Positions 56,614 to 64,000 of a stretch of DNA of 64,000 nt are shown here, in pieces. Both the position numbers and the translations under genes were made by a program. Under the pieces are notes generated by a model that worked only from the letters and a program-made list of their open reading frames with translations, was not told the origin of the DNA and searched no databases. The DNA is from Escherichia phage Ec_MI-02: the sequence record OP856590.1. The stretch is one strand, 5' to 3'. Position 1 is the stretch's first letter; the number at the start of each line of letters is the position of its first letter.

Positions 56614-59316
56614 ATGGCTACTTTAAAACAAATACAATTTAAAAGAAGCAAAACCGCAGGAGCACGTCCTGCCGCTTCAGTATTAGCCGAAGGTGAATTG
56701 GCTATAAACTTAAAAGACCGTGTACTTTTTACTAAAGATGACCAAGGAAATATTATTGATCTGGGTTTTGCTAAAGGCGGTAGCATTGACGGGAATGTTA
56801 TTCATATAGGAAATTATAATCAAACTGGTGATTATACTTTAAATGGAACCTTCACTCAGACAGGTAATTTTAATTTAACTGGTATTGCTCGAGTAACTCG
56901 TGATATTATTGCCGCTGGGCAGATTATGACTGAAGGTGGGGAACTTATTACAAAAAGTTCAGGTACAGCGCATGTTCGTTTTTTCGATAGCAATAGCCGC
57001 GAACGCGGAATCATTTATTCACCGGCTAATGATGGATTAACTACACAAGTACTTAATATCAGGGTTCAAGACTACGCCGCTGGTAGCGAAAGCACTTATG
57101 CATTTTCAGGCAATGGCCTATTTACTTCACCTGAAGTATCAGCATGGAAATCTATGTCAACTCCTCAGATTTTGACCGATAAAGTTATTACAGATGGGAA
57201 GAAGACAGGCGATTATGATATCTATTCATTATCAAATAACACTCCATTGGCAGAAAGCGAAACGGCTATTAACCACCTCCGTGTTATGCGAAATGCTGTA
57301 GGAGCAGGTATTTTCCACGAAGTTAATGTTAATGACGGAATAACCTGGTATTCCGGAGATGGCTTAGACACTTATATTTTGTCGTTTAACTGGGCCGGTG
57401 GATTGAAAGCCGGTCATTCTATTTCTGTAGGTCTTCCAGGTGGCCCTAAAGGATATTCTGAATTAGGAACAGCTTCAATTGCCCTCGGTGATAATGATAC
57501 CGGATTTAAATGGCATCAAGATGGGTATTTCCATACAGTAAACAACGGAACAAAAACTTTCATTTACGGTCCTGCGGAAACACAAAGCCTTAGAAAAATG
57601 GTTATGGGTTATTCTCCGGATGGTATTCTCATGACAACGCCACCGACAGAAAACTATGCTCTTGCTACTGTCGTAACATATCATGATAATAATGCGTTTG
57701 GAGATGGCCAGACTCATTTAGGTTATTATCAAGGCGGTAATTATCATCACTATTTCCGCGGTAAAGGTGTCACAAACATTAATACTCATGGCGGTTTGTT
57801 AGTTACTCCTGGTAATATTGATGTTAATGGCGGTTCGGTTAATATTGACGGTCGTAATAATGCTTCTACCGTGATTTTTAAAGGAAATACAACCGGTTAT
57901 AGTTCAGTTGATAATGTGGAAATCAAAGTTTGGGGTAATACCTTTACTAATCCTAGTGAAGGCACCCGTAAAAATGTCATGGAAATTTCTGACGCAACTA
58001 GTTGGATGAGCTATATTCAACGAACAACTGCAGGTAAAGTCGAATCGGTTATAAATGGTACCCAGATTGTTAATGAAAACTTGACAGTAGTAAAAAATGC
58101 TACATTTGACGGTACAATCAGCGCAGCCGGTGAAATCGCGGCAAATGCTGTAAATGCGCTTCGCATTTGGAACGCAGATTATGGAGCCATTTTTAGACGT
58201 TCAGAAGGCAGTCTTCATATTATTCCAACTGCCTATGGTGAAGGTAAACATGGCGATATTGGTCCACTTCGCCCGTTTAGCATGGCTTTAGATACTGGTA
58301 AAGTCACTATTCCAGATTTACAATCAAGTTACAATACGTTCGCAGCAAACGGTTATATTAAATTTACTGGTCACGGAGCAGGCGCTGGTGGTTATGATAT
58401 TCAATATATTCAAGCAGCTCCTATTTTCCAGGAAATCGATGATGACGCAGTAAATAAATATTATCCTATTGTTAAACAGAAGTTTTTAAACGGTAAAGCT
58501 GTTTGGTCTTTAGGTACTGAAATTAATTCGGGTACATTCGTTATTCATCATCTGAAAGAAGATGGTTCACAAGGCCATACGTCTCGTTTTAATCAAGACG
58601 GTACTGTTAACTTCCCAGATAACGTTTCTGACCCACAAGCTATATATGAATTTCACCATAACGGAACTCTGTATGTTCCTAACATGGTTAAAACTGGAGC
58701 AAGATTATCAGCTGGCGGCGGCGACCCGGTGTGGACTGGGCCATGTCTTGTTATTGGTGATAATGATACTGGTTTAGTCCATGGCGGTGATGGCCGAATC
58801 AATATGGTTGCCAATGGTGTTCATATTGCTTCATGGTCATCTGCTTATCATCTCCATGAAGGTCTTTGGGATACTACTGGTGCTTTGTGGACTGAGCAAG
58901 GAAGAGCTATTATTTCTTTTGGTCATTTAATCCAACAGAGTGATGCCTATTCTACATTTGTCCGTGATGTTTATGTCCGTTCTGATATTCGCGTTAAAAA
59001 AGACCTCGTTAAATTTGAAAATGCTTCTCAGAAGCTTTCTAAAATTAACGGTTACACTTATATGCAGAAGCGAGGCCTGGATGAGGAAGGTAATCAGAAA
59101 TGGGAACCTAACGCTGGTTTAATTGCTCAAGAAGTTCAAGCTATTTTACCAGAATTAGTTGAAGGCGACCCTGATGGTGAAGCTTTACTTCGTTTGAACT
59201 ATAACGGTGTAATTGGTTTAAATACAGCTGCAATCAATGAGCATACTGCAGAAATTGCAGAACTTAAATCAGAAATCGAAGAACTTAAAGCATTAATTAA
59301 ATCATTGTTAAAATAA
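56614..59316 (+). CDS. 37: Long tail fibre distal subunit gp37 with C-terminal intramolecular chaperone domain
   Basis: 900-aa ORF; His-x-His motifs in distal part; C-terminal SDIRVKKD...[15 protein letters not shown] resembles S74-type autoproteolytic chaperone. Confidence 0.85.
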   Translation: MATLKQIQFKRSKTAGARPAASVLAEGELAINLKDRVLFTKDDQGNIIDLGFAKGGSIDGNVIHIGNYNQTGDYTLNGTFTQTGNFNLTGIARVTRDIIAAGQIMTEGGELITKSSGTAHVRFFDSNSRERGIIYSPANDGLTTQVLNIRVQDYAAGSESTYAFSGNGLFTSPEVSAWKSMSTPQILTDKVITDGKKTGDYDIYSLSNNTPLAESETAINHLRVMRNAVGAGIFHEVNVNDGITWYSGDGLDTYILSFNWAGGLKAGHSISVGLPGGPKGYSELGTASIALGDNDTGFKWHQDGYFHTVNNGTKTFIYGPAETQSLRKMVMGYSPDGILMTTPPTENYALATVVTYHDNNAFGDGQTHLGYYQGGNYHHYFRGKGVTNINTHGGLLVTPGNIDVNGGSVNIDGRNNASTVIFKGNTTGYSSVDNVEIKVWGNTFTNPSEGTRKNVMEISDATSWMSYIQRTTAGKVESVINGTQIVNENLTVVKNATFDGTISAAGEIAANAVNALRIWNADYGAIFRRSEGSLHIIPTAYGEGKHGDIGPLRPFSMALDTGKVTIPDLQSSYNTFAANGYIKFTGHGAGAGGYDIQYIQAAPIFQEIDDDAVNKYYPIVKQKFLNGKAVWSLGTEINSGTFVIHHLKEDGSQGHTSRFNQDGTVNFPDNVSDPQAIYEFHHNGTLYVPNMVKTGARLSAGGGDPVWTGPCLVIGDNDTGLVHGGDGRINMVANGVHIASWSSAYHLHEGLWDTTGALWTEQGRAIISFGHLIQQSDAYSTFVRDVYVRSDIRVKKDLVKFENASQKLSKINGYTYMQKRGLDEEGNQKWEPNAGLIAQEVQAILPELVEGDPDGEALLRLNYNGVIGLNTAAINEHTAEIAELKSEIEELKALIKSLLK

Positions 59317-59321
59317 TAAGA

Positions 59322-59335
59322 GGGGCTTCGGCCCC
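59322..59335 (+). terminator. UUCG tetraloop hairpin between 37 and 38
   Basis: GGGGC-TTCG-GCCCC immediately before gp38 SD; no U-run. Confidence 0.45.
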
Positions 59336-59347
59336 TTGGAGGTTTAT

Positions 59348-60142
59348 ATGGCAGTAACAGGACCGTGGGTAGGATCGTCTGCAGTAGTTAATACAGGACA
59401 AAATTGGATGGGTGGTGCGGCCCAACGATTAAGAATGGGCATTCCGTTCTGGATGAGTAATATGATAGGTCGATCTGTTGAAGTAATTCACACACTTGGA
59501 GCAGACCATAACTTCAATGGTCAATGGTTCCGAGATAGATGTTTTGAGGCAGGTAGTGCACCTATAGTGTTTAATATCACCGGAAATTTGGTATCATATT
59601 CCAGAGACGTTCCTTTATTCTTCATGTACGGAGATACACCAAATGAATATGTTCAGTTGAATATTATTGGTGGAGCTCATATGTGGGGAAGAGGCGGACA
59701 AGGTGGATGGACTCATTCTGGTGGAGATGGTAATGGCCAACAAGGTGGGCATTGTATTCAAAATGATATTGGTGGACGATTAAGAATTAATAACGGCGGA
59801 GTAATTTGTGGCGGCGGTGGCGGCGGTGGCGGTATCGCTTATCGTTCTCACTCTGGTGCAAACTGGCGGGATATTGGTGGCGGTGGAGGAAGACCATTTG
59901 GCCCAGGAGGTGGCGGTGGTTATTCAGGAGGTGCTGCTTCTTATGATGGCCCAGGAGGCGGTTATAATTATGGTAATGCTCACTCTGGACAGGGTGGTGA
60001 TGCTGGTGCAAATGGACAAAATGCCTGGCATGATGGCGGTAAAGTACTAAAAGTCGGGGCTGGCGGGGCTGCAGGTTATGCTGTCATAGGGTCTACGCCA
60101 ACATGGCAAAATGTTGGCGTAATATATGGTCCAAGAGTATAA
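59348..60142 (+). CDS. 38: gp38 receptor-binding adhesin (T2-type, glycine-rich motifs)
   Basis: Table ORF starts TTG 59336; ATG 59348 after GGAGG gives 264 aa; poly-Gly motifs separated by variable segments. Confidence 0.8.
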   Translation: MAVTGPWVGSSAVVNTGQNWMGGAAQRLRMGIPFWMSNMIGRSVEVIHTLGADHNFNGQWFRDRCFEAGSAPIVFNITGNLVSYSRDVPLFFMYGDTPNEYVQLNIIGGAHMWGRGGQGGWTHSGGDGNGQQGGHCIQNDIGGRLRINNGGVICGGGGGGGGIAYRSHSGANWRDIGGGGGRPFGPGGGGGYSGGAASYDGPGGGYNYGNAHSGQGGDAGANGQNAWHDGGKVLKVGAGGAAGYAVIGSTPTWQNVGVIYGPRV

Positions 60143-60172
60143 TTTGAATAAATATCCTTAAAAGGAGGGTCT

Positions 60173-60829
60173 ATGGCAGCACCTAGAATATCATTTTCGC
60201 CCTCTGATATTCTGTTTGGTGTTCTAGATCGCTTGTTCAAAGATAACGCTACCGGGAAAGTTCTTGCTTCCCGGGTAGCTGTCGTAATTCTTTTGTTTAT
60301 AATGGCGATTGTTTGGTATAGGGGAGATAGTTTCTTTGAGTACTATAAGCAATCAAAGTATGAAACATACAGTGAAATTATTGAAAAGGAAAGAAATGCA
60401 CGCTTTGAATCTGTCGCCCTGGAACAACTCCAGATAGTTCATATATCATCTGAGGCAGACTTTAGTGCGGTGTATTCTTTCCGCCCTAAAAACTTAAACT
60501 ATTTTGTTGATATTATAGCATACGAAGGAAAACTACCTTCAACAATAAGTGAAAAATCACTTGGAGGATATCCTGTTGATAAAACTATGGATGAATATGC
60601 AGTTCATTTAAATGGACGTCATTATTATTCCAATTCAAAATTTGCTTTTTTACCAACCAAAAAGCCTACTCCCGAAATAAATTACATGTACAGTTGTCCA
60701 TATTTTAATTTGGATAATATCTATGCTGGAACAATAACCATGTATTGGTATAGAAATGATCATATAAGTAATGACCGCCTTGAATCAATATGTGCTCAGG
60801 CGGCCAGAATATTAGGAAGGGCTAAATAA
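60173..60829 (+). CDS. t: Holin T
   Basis: 218-aa ORF; one N-proximal TMD (VAVVILLFIMAIVWY) and large C-terminal domain; SD AAAGGAGGG. Confidence 0.85.
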   Translation: MAAPRISFSPSDILFGVLDRLFKDNATGKVLASRVAVVILLFIMAIVWYRGDSFFEYYKQSKYETYSEIIEKERNARFESVALEQLQIVHISSEADFSAVYSFRPKNLNYFVDIIAYEGKLPSTISEKSLGGYPVDKTMDEYAVHLNGRHYYSNSKFAFLPTKKPTPEINYMYSCPYFNLDNIYAGTITMYWYRNDHISNDRLESICAQAARILGRAK

Positions 60830-61102
60830 TTATTTGTTTGTATACATCTCTAGATATCGATATACACCCTCAAAACCCTCGTTGAATTCATCGATGAGGG
60901 TTTTCTTATCTTCTTGAGTTAATTCAGAAACAATTTTACGGAATGAATTCTGATTCAACTTTCTACCTTCATGCGTTACTCCAATCTCATTCAGAAATGC
61001 AATAAAATTAGCACGATTCTCAACAATATCTTCTCGGGAAAATTTAATCAAAATAGACGCAACAGTAATAATTTCACGAACTGTATCAATATTTTTATTC
61101 AT
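60830..61102 (-). CDS. asiA: AsiA anti-sigma70 factor
   Basis: 90-aa ORF; sequence MNKNIDTVREIITVASILIKFSREDIVENRANFIAFLNEIG recalled as T4 AsiA. Confidence 0.85.
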   Translation of the reverse strand: MNKNIDTVREIITVASILIKFSREDIVENRANFIAFLNEIGVTHEGRKLNQNSFRKIVSELTQEDKKTLIDEFNEGFEGVYRYLEMYTNK

Positions 61103-61114
61103 TAACTATACCAC

Positions 61115-61267
61115 TCAATTAGTTGACTTTACTATAATATCATCAGACGCTTGATTTGTAAACTGGTCTGTGGTATTTTCTTCAAAAATTTTTTCTACGA
61201 ATTCCTTGAACGACTTACGTTCCTGAGCTACATTATGCTCGATTACTTTTTCAAGATTATGACTCAT
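61115..61267 (-). CDS. Unannotated 50-aa ORF between arn and asiA
   Basis: Hand translation MSHNLEKVIEHNVAQERKSFKEFVEKIFEENTTDQFTNQASDDIIVKSTN; ATGA overlap with arn stop; below ORF-table cutoff. Confidence 0.4.
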   Translation of the reverse strand: MSHNLEKVIEHNVAQERKSFKEFVEKIFEENTTDQFTNQASDDIIVKSTN

Positions 61268-61542
61268 TCGAAATAATCTTCAATTTCATAATCAAGAACA
61301 TAAATCATTATAGTTTTTAATACATCATCAATACTTTTTCCTGGAGCTGGAATTACGTAAAAATATCCCGCCTTTGAATTATCTTTATAAATTCCAACCA
61401 AGAAATCATTATTCTCAAGATGCAGTTCTTCAACTAATTCATTAACAATTGAGTGGTATAAATTTGGTAGTAACTTATATAGCTTTTCTAGAATATCAAT
61501 TTTGATTGTGTATTGAACTACAGATTGAGAATCAATAATCAT
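61264..61542 (-). CDS. arn: Arn anti-restriction protein (McrBC inhibitor), acidic
   Basis: 92-aa acidic ORF (T4 Arn length) upstream of asiA. Confidence 0.7.
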   Translation of the reverse strand: MIIDSQSVVQYTIKIDILEKLYKLLPNLYHSIVNELVEELHLENNDFLVGIYKDNSKAGYFYVIPAPGKSIDDVLKTIMIYVLDYEIEDYFE

Positions 61543-61619
61543 AGACCTTCCCCTTATGTTTCTGTTTGCGATTAGATTCTTTAAACGCTTTCTTCTTATC
61601 TTTATGGACAGAAGCTTTA

Positions 61620-61844
61620 TTAAAATTGTGTTTTGCGACTAAATTGTTCATAGTGCTGAATTACCTCTCTTAAACAATTGCATGTGAATGAAAACTTTTT
61701 AGCTACACCACATTCAAATATATGTTCTCTTAAATCACGTGTATCAGTATATCCCATCTTAACGATAAAATGCCGTATTAGATTTTTATCTTTATCATTG
61801 AGAGAATTAAAATAATCGGATTTTGAATTAATTTCCCTGGCCAA
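61620..61844 (-). CDS. Hypothetical protein (arn.x region)
   Basis: 74-aa ORF. Confidence 0.45.
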   Translation of the reverse strand: MAREINSKSDYFNSLNDKDKNLIRHFIVKMGYTDTRDLREHIFECGVAKKFSFTCNCLREVIQHYEQFSRKTQF

Positions 61845-62124
61845 ATTGAACCACCTTCAGTTGACGTTTTAGTTCTTTTATCATTTCTTCGTTCATCGCA
61901 ATATAAAGATCGCGTAAAGCAGGTTTTAACATTCCATTTATTGGAGAACTAAATGGGCATACATAATCTTTTCCTACGAGCTTTTTGGTGAATTCCATAT
62001 TACAGAACTGAAATGCCGGTTCATTGGCATAAATTCCCCAATTAGTTGACATCATTTTATTGGCATATTCTAGTGCCTGGATTTGATTCTTAATTCCATC
62101 AATTTGAAACTTTTTAATATTCAT
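61828..62124 (-). CDS. Hypothetical protein (arn.x region)
   Basis: 98-aa ORF, ATGA-type coupling upstream. Confidence 0.5.
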   Translation of the reverse strand: MNIKKFQIDGIKNQIQALEYANKMMSTNWGIYANEPAFQFCNMEFTKKLVGKDYVCPFSSPINGMLKPALRDLYIAMNEEMIKELKRQLKVVQFGQGN

Positions 62125-62585
62125 TAGTAAAGGTCCTCAGAGTAAAGTTCTTTTTCACTACCACCGCGTTCAATACGTACTTGTCCGGCGTAAGTTGCAA
62201 TAATCATTGCTTCTTCACGTGTCCAATAATTACTATATTGGTCAATAAACCCTTGGTCATCATCACAAACTTGTTGAGTAACTAATTGAGGTTTAACTAC
62301 ATCTAAAACTTCTGCCATATCTTTAGAATAATGACGAGCACCCGGAATAACAAGAGTTCGTCCATCTTTTAATTTAAAACGGTTGGCTGCGCAAACAATT
62401 CGTCGTTGATATTTTTGGTTTTCGTCCCAATACGCAGTCTGCCAACAGATTTCAGGAACTTCATCTAAAACATTTTGTTCTGTGTATTCACCACTGTAAG
62501 AAGCTAATTTAGCAGCCAAACTTTCTGGAGTCTCACGTGACAAAGCTTTATCTAACAGAGCTAAACGTTCTTTAAAAGTTTTCAT
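62124..62585 (-). CDS. Hypothetical protein (arn.x region)
   Basis: 153-aa ORF, ATGA coupling on both sides. Confidence 0.5.
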   Translation of the reverse strand: MKTFKERLALLDKALSRETPESLAAKLASYSGEYTEQNVLDEVPEICWQTAYWDENQKYQRRIVCAANRFKLKDGRTLVIPGARHYSKDMAEVLDVVKPQLVTQQVCDDDQGFIDQYSNYWTREEAMIIATYAGQVRIERGGSEKELYSEDLY

Positions 62586-62911
62586 TTAAACCATCCTTTA
62601 ATACGCTGCCACAAAGTTTTCTGTTGAGCTTTATTAACACCAATTGAGCGAATAACTGGTTGAGATTCCTGGAATTCTTTATAATCAGCAAGGTAAATTT
62701 CGTAAGCTGCATCCGTAAATGAACTTATCGCCGCCATAAAATTATTGCGAATACCTACTGGAGCATCTTTACTTTCACGAATAATCATGTATTTACCAGT
62801 CTTAATCTTTACGATAGTTCCAAGATAAGCTCCGTGGTACCAGATGTCCCATCCCTCTTGAGTGGGTTCTGCACAACGACGAAGTTCATTAACAATTTCT
62901 AACTTGTTCAT
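62582..62911 (-). CDS. Hypothetical protein downstream of motA
   Basis: 109-aa ORF. Confidence 0.5.
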   Translation of the reverse strand: MNKLEIVNELRRCAEPTQEGWDIWYHGAYLGTIVKIKTGKYMIIRESKDAPVGIRNNFMAAISSFTDAAYEIYLADYKEFQESQPVIRSIGVNKAQQKTLWQRIKGWFK

Positions 62912-62921
62912 TATTTATTCC

Positions 62922-63557
62922 TCACAGTTCAGATGCTACGGTGATTACTGCTTCAATGTTTTCTGCCGAGCGTTTAATGTCAAGATACACATTACCGTTT
63001 TTAGCGATTTTACATGACATTCCGATATCAGTAAATTTCTGAATATGATGTTCCATCATTTTGTATCCAAAAATTCGCATATTTCCGTTGTTGTTAATTT
63101 CAAAATTGCGAATTCCGTGAGTGCGTTTTTCTAAAATAGCAAGATAGTTACTGCGGTAAGTTTCAACCTTTTTAAGAACAAATCCATTTTCATCTAAAAG
63201 TTTTAACATGAAGTCTTTATCTTCTTCCATATCGGAAGTAATCTCACGAGCTTTACGAGTTGCTCGTTTTTTCAGCAGTTCAGGAGCATTTTCCTGTGCG
63301 TATAAAGTTGCTGCGTTTGAAATAATATCCTGAGCTTCACCAGTAATGATTAATCCATCACCAGATTTCTCCACCAGGCCTTTTTTAATCAATACCCCAA
63401 TATTACTATTAACTACTGCATTACCTAAATCTGGATGCACCTCACGAACTTCTGCAGCTGTAATGAAATCTTTCTTAGCAATGGTAATTAAAATCGCAGC
63501 AGTTTTTTCATTCAGAACATCGTTAGAAGCTTTGATGATGTAAGTTACTTTAGACAT
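62922..63557 (-). CDS. motA: MotA middle-transcription activator
   Basis: 211-aa ORF (T4 MotA length); early promoter plus terminator cassette upstream. Confidence 0.85.
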   Translation of the reverse strand: MSKVTYIIKASNDVLNEKTAAILITIAKKDFITAAEVREVHPDLGNAVVNSNIGVLIKKGLVEKSGDGLIITGEAQDIISNAATLYAQENAPELLKKRATRKAREITSDMEEDKDFMLKLLDENGFVLKKVETYRSNYLAILEKRTHGIRNFEINNNGNMRIFGYKMMEHHIQKFTDIGMSCKIAKNGNVYLDIKRSAENIEAVITVASEL

Positions 63558-63598
63558 TTTCTAATCTCCGTAATTCTGTATCAGTAGTTGATAGTTGT

Positions 63599-63628
63599 AT
63601 AGTACCACAGTATGCTTTGGTTGTAAAC
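63599..63628 (-). promoter_or_regulatory. Early promoter for motA
   Basis: On - strand GTTTACA-16 nt-GGTACTAT with upstream A/T tract; follows terminator 63661-63680. Confidence 0.6.
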
Positions 63629-63660
63629 CATTTTGTGAAAAAATTTTTTGAAATAAAAAA

Positions 63661-63680
63661 GGGAGAGCCGAGGCTCTCCC
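63661..63680 (-). terminator. Terminator upstream of motA promoter
   Basis: GGGAGAG...CTCTCCC then TTTTTTATTT on - strand. Confidence 0.7.
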
Positions 63681-63685
63681 TAAAA

Positions 63686-63835
63686 TTACTGCATGACTGT
63701 GATAACTGTCATGATAACACGTTGAATTCCGAACGCAAGAAGACCTCCTGCTACGGCAGGAACAACACCTAAACCCGCCAGTAAAACGCAACCAGATACT
63801 AATGCAGCGCTTGTAATACCTATGAATGGACTCAT
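63686..63835 (-). CDS. Unannotated 49-aa hydrophobic membrane peptide
   Basis: Hand translation MSPFIGITSAALVSGCVLLAGLGVVPAVAGGLLAFGIQRVIMTVITVMQ; ATGA overlap with upstream ORF stop; terminator directly downstream. Confidence 0.45.
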   Translation of the reverse strand: MSPFIGITSAALVSGCVLLAGLGVVPAVAGGLLAFGIQRVIMTVITVMQ

Positions 63836-64000
63836 TTGATTTCCTCTAAATCTTTGGTGTATTCTGTAACTACATCAGTAGTTTTCCAATATTCGTTTTC
63901 TTCTTTTTTAGCTTTAGCTTCTTCAGCAAGTTTCTTTGCTTCGTCGGAAGTCATATGAAAAATATTCATTCCAACTAGTTTATCAACATAAGAAGAATAC
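63832..64000 (-). CDS. 3' end of a gene continuing beyond window (possibly gene 52 by T4 synteny)
   Basis: Frame open to window edge; C-terminus ...AKKLAEEAKAKKEENEYWKTTDVVTEYTKDLEEIK; identity not established. Confidence 0.4.
   Translation of the reverse strand, partial: YSSYVDKLVGMNIFHMTSDEAKKLAEEAKAKKEENEYWKTTDVVTEYTKDLEEIK

Noticed and set aside
59787-60050. Two overlapping ORFs (74 aa on -, 80 aa on +) inside gene 38
   Set aside because: Artifacts of the GGN-rich glycine-motif region of gp38, which is open in several frames; no independent signals.
61532-61651. Possible 39-aa lysine-rich ORF overlapping the arn start
   Set aside because: Very short, overlaps two other ORFs, and the coordinates are only approximate from hand translation; insufficient evidence.
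63561-63791. 76-aa Cys/Arg-rich ORF on the - strand
   Set aside because: Starts at TTG, runs through the motA terminator hairpin and promoter, and overlaps the better-supported 49-aa hydrophobic ORF in another frame.

Overview
This window is a contiguous segment of a T-even (T4-like, Tequatrovirus-type) phage genome, running in T4 map order from inside gene 18 to the region upstream of motA. All protein and gene identifications rest on reading the translations and on recalled T4 biology and synteny; no database search was run. Content: the head and tail structural block on the + strand (18, 19, 20, 67, 68, 21, 22, 23, 24), the rnlB/hoc/inh block, uvsW/uvsY, the baseplate hub block (25, 26, 51, 27, 28, 29, 48, 54), two tandem alt-type ADP-ribosyltransferase genes, DNA ligase (30) with the 30.x small-gene string, rIII, 31, cd, pseT, a spanin pair, alc, rnlA, denA, nrdB, nrdA, td, frd, 32, 59, 33, dsbA, rnh, the long tail fibre genes 34-37 with a glycine-rich gp38 adhesin, holin t, asiA, arn and motA. 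Coding density is very high, with many ATGA/TAATG start-stop overlaps. Regulatory signals visible by eye are TATAAATA late promoters, MotA-box middle promoters, GTTTAC-type early promoters, the gene 32 leader pseudoknot and many stable tetraloop hairpins. No rRNA, tRNA, CRISPR array or transposon-like element was seen. The window lacks the introns and homing-endonuclease genes that T4 carries in td, nrdB and nearby junctions, and its gp37/gp38 are T2-type, so it is probably a T2-like relative rather than T4 itself. Points most worth a second look: an intact second alt-like ADP-ribosyltransferase, a NADAR-like plus HAD-like gene pair beside ligase, a 68-aa ORF wedged between frd and td, a 49-aa hydrophobic ORF upstream of motA, and early promoters embedded in inverted repeats. 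Several table ORFs begin at TTG/GTG; I trimmed these to the first ATG with a Shine-Dalgarno (SD) where I checked.
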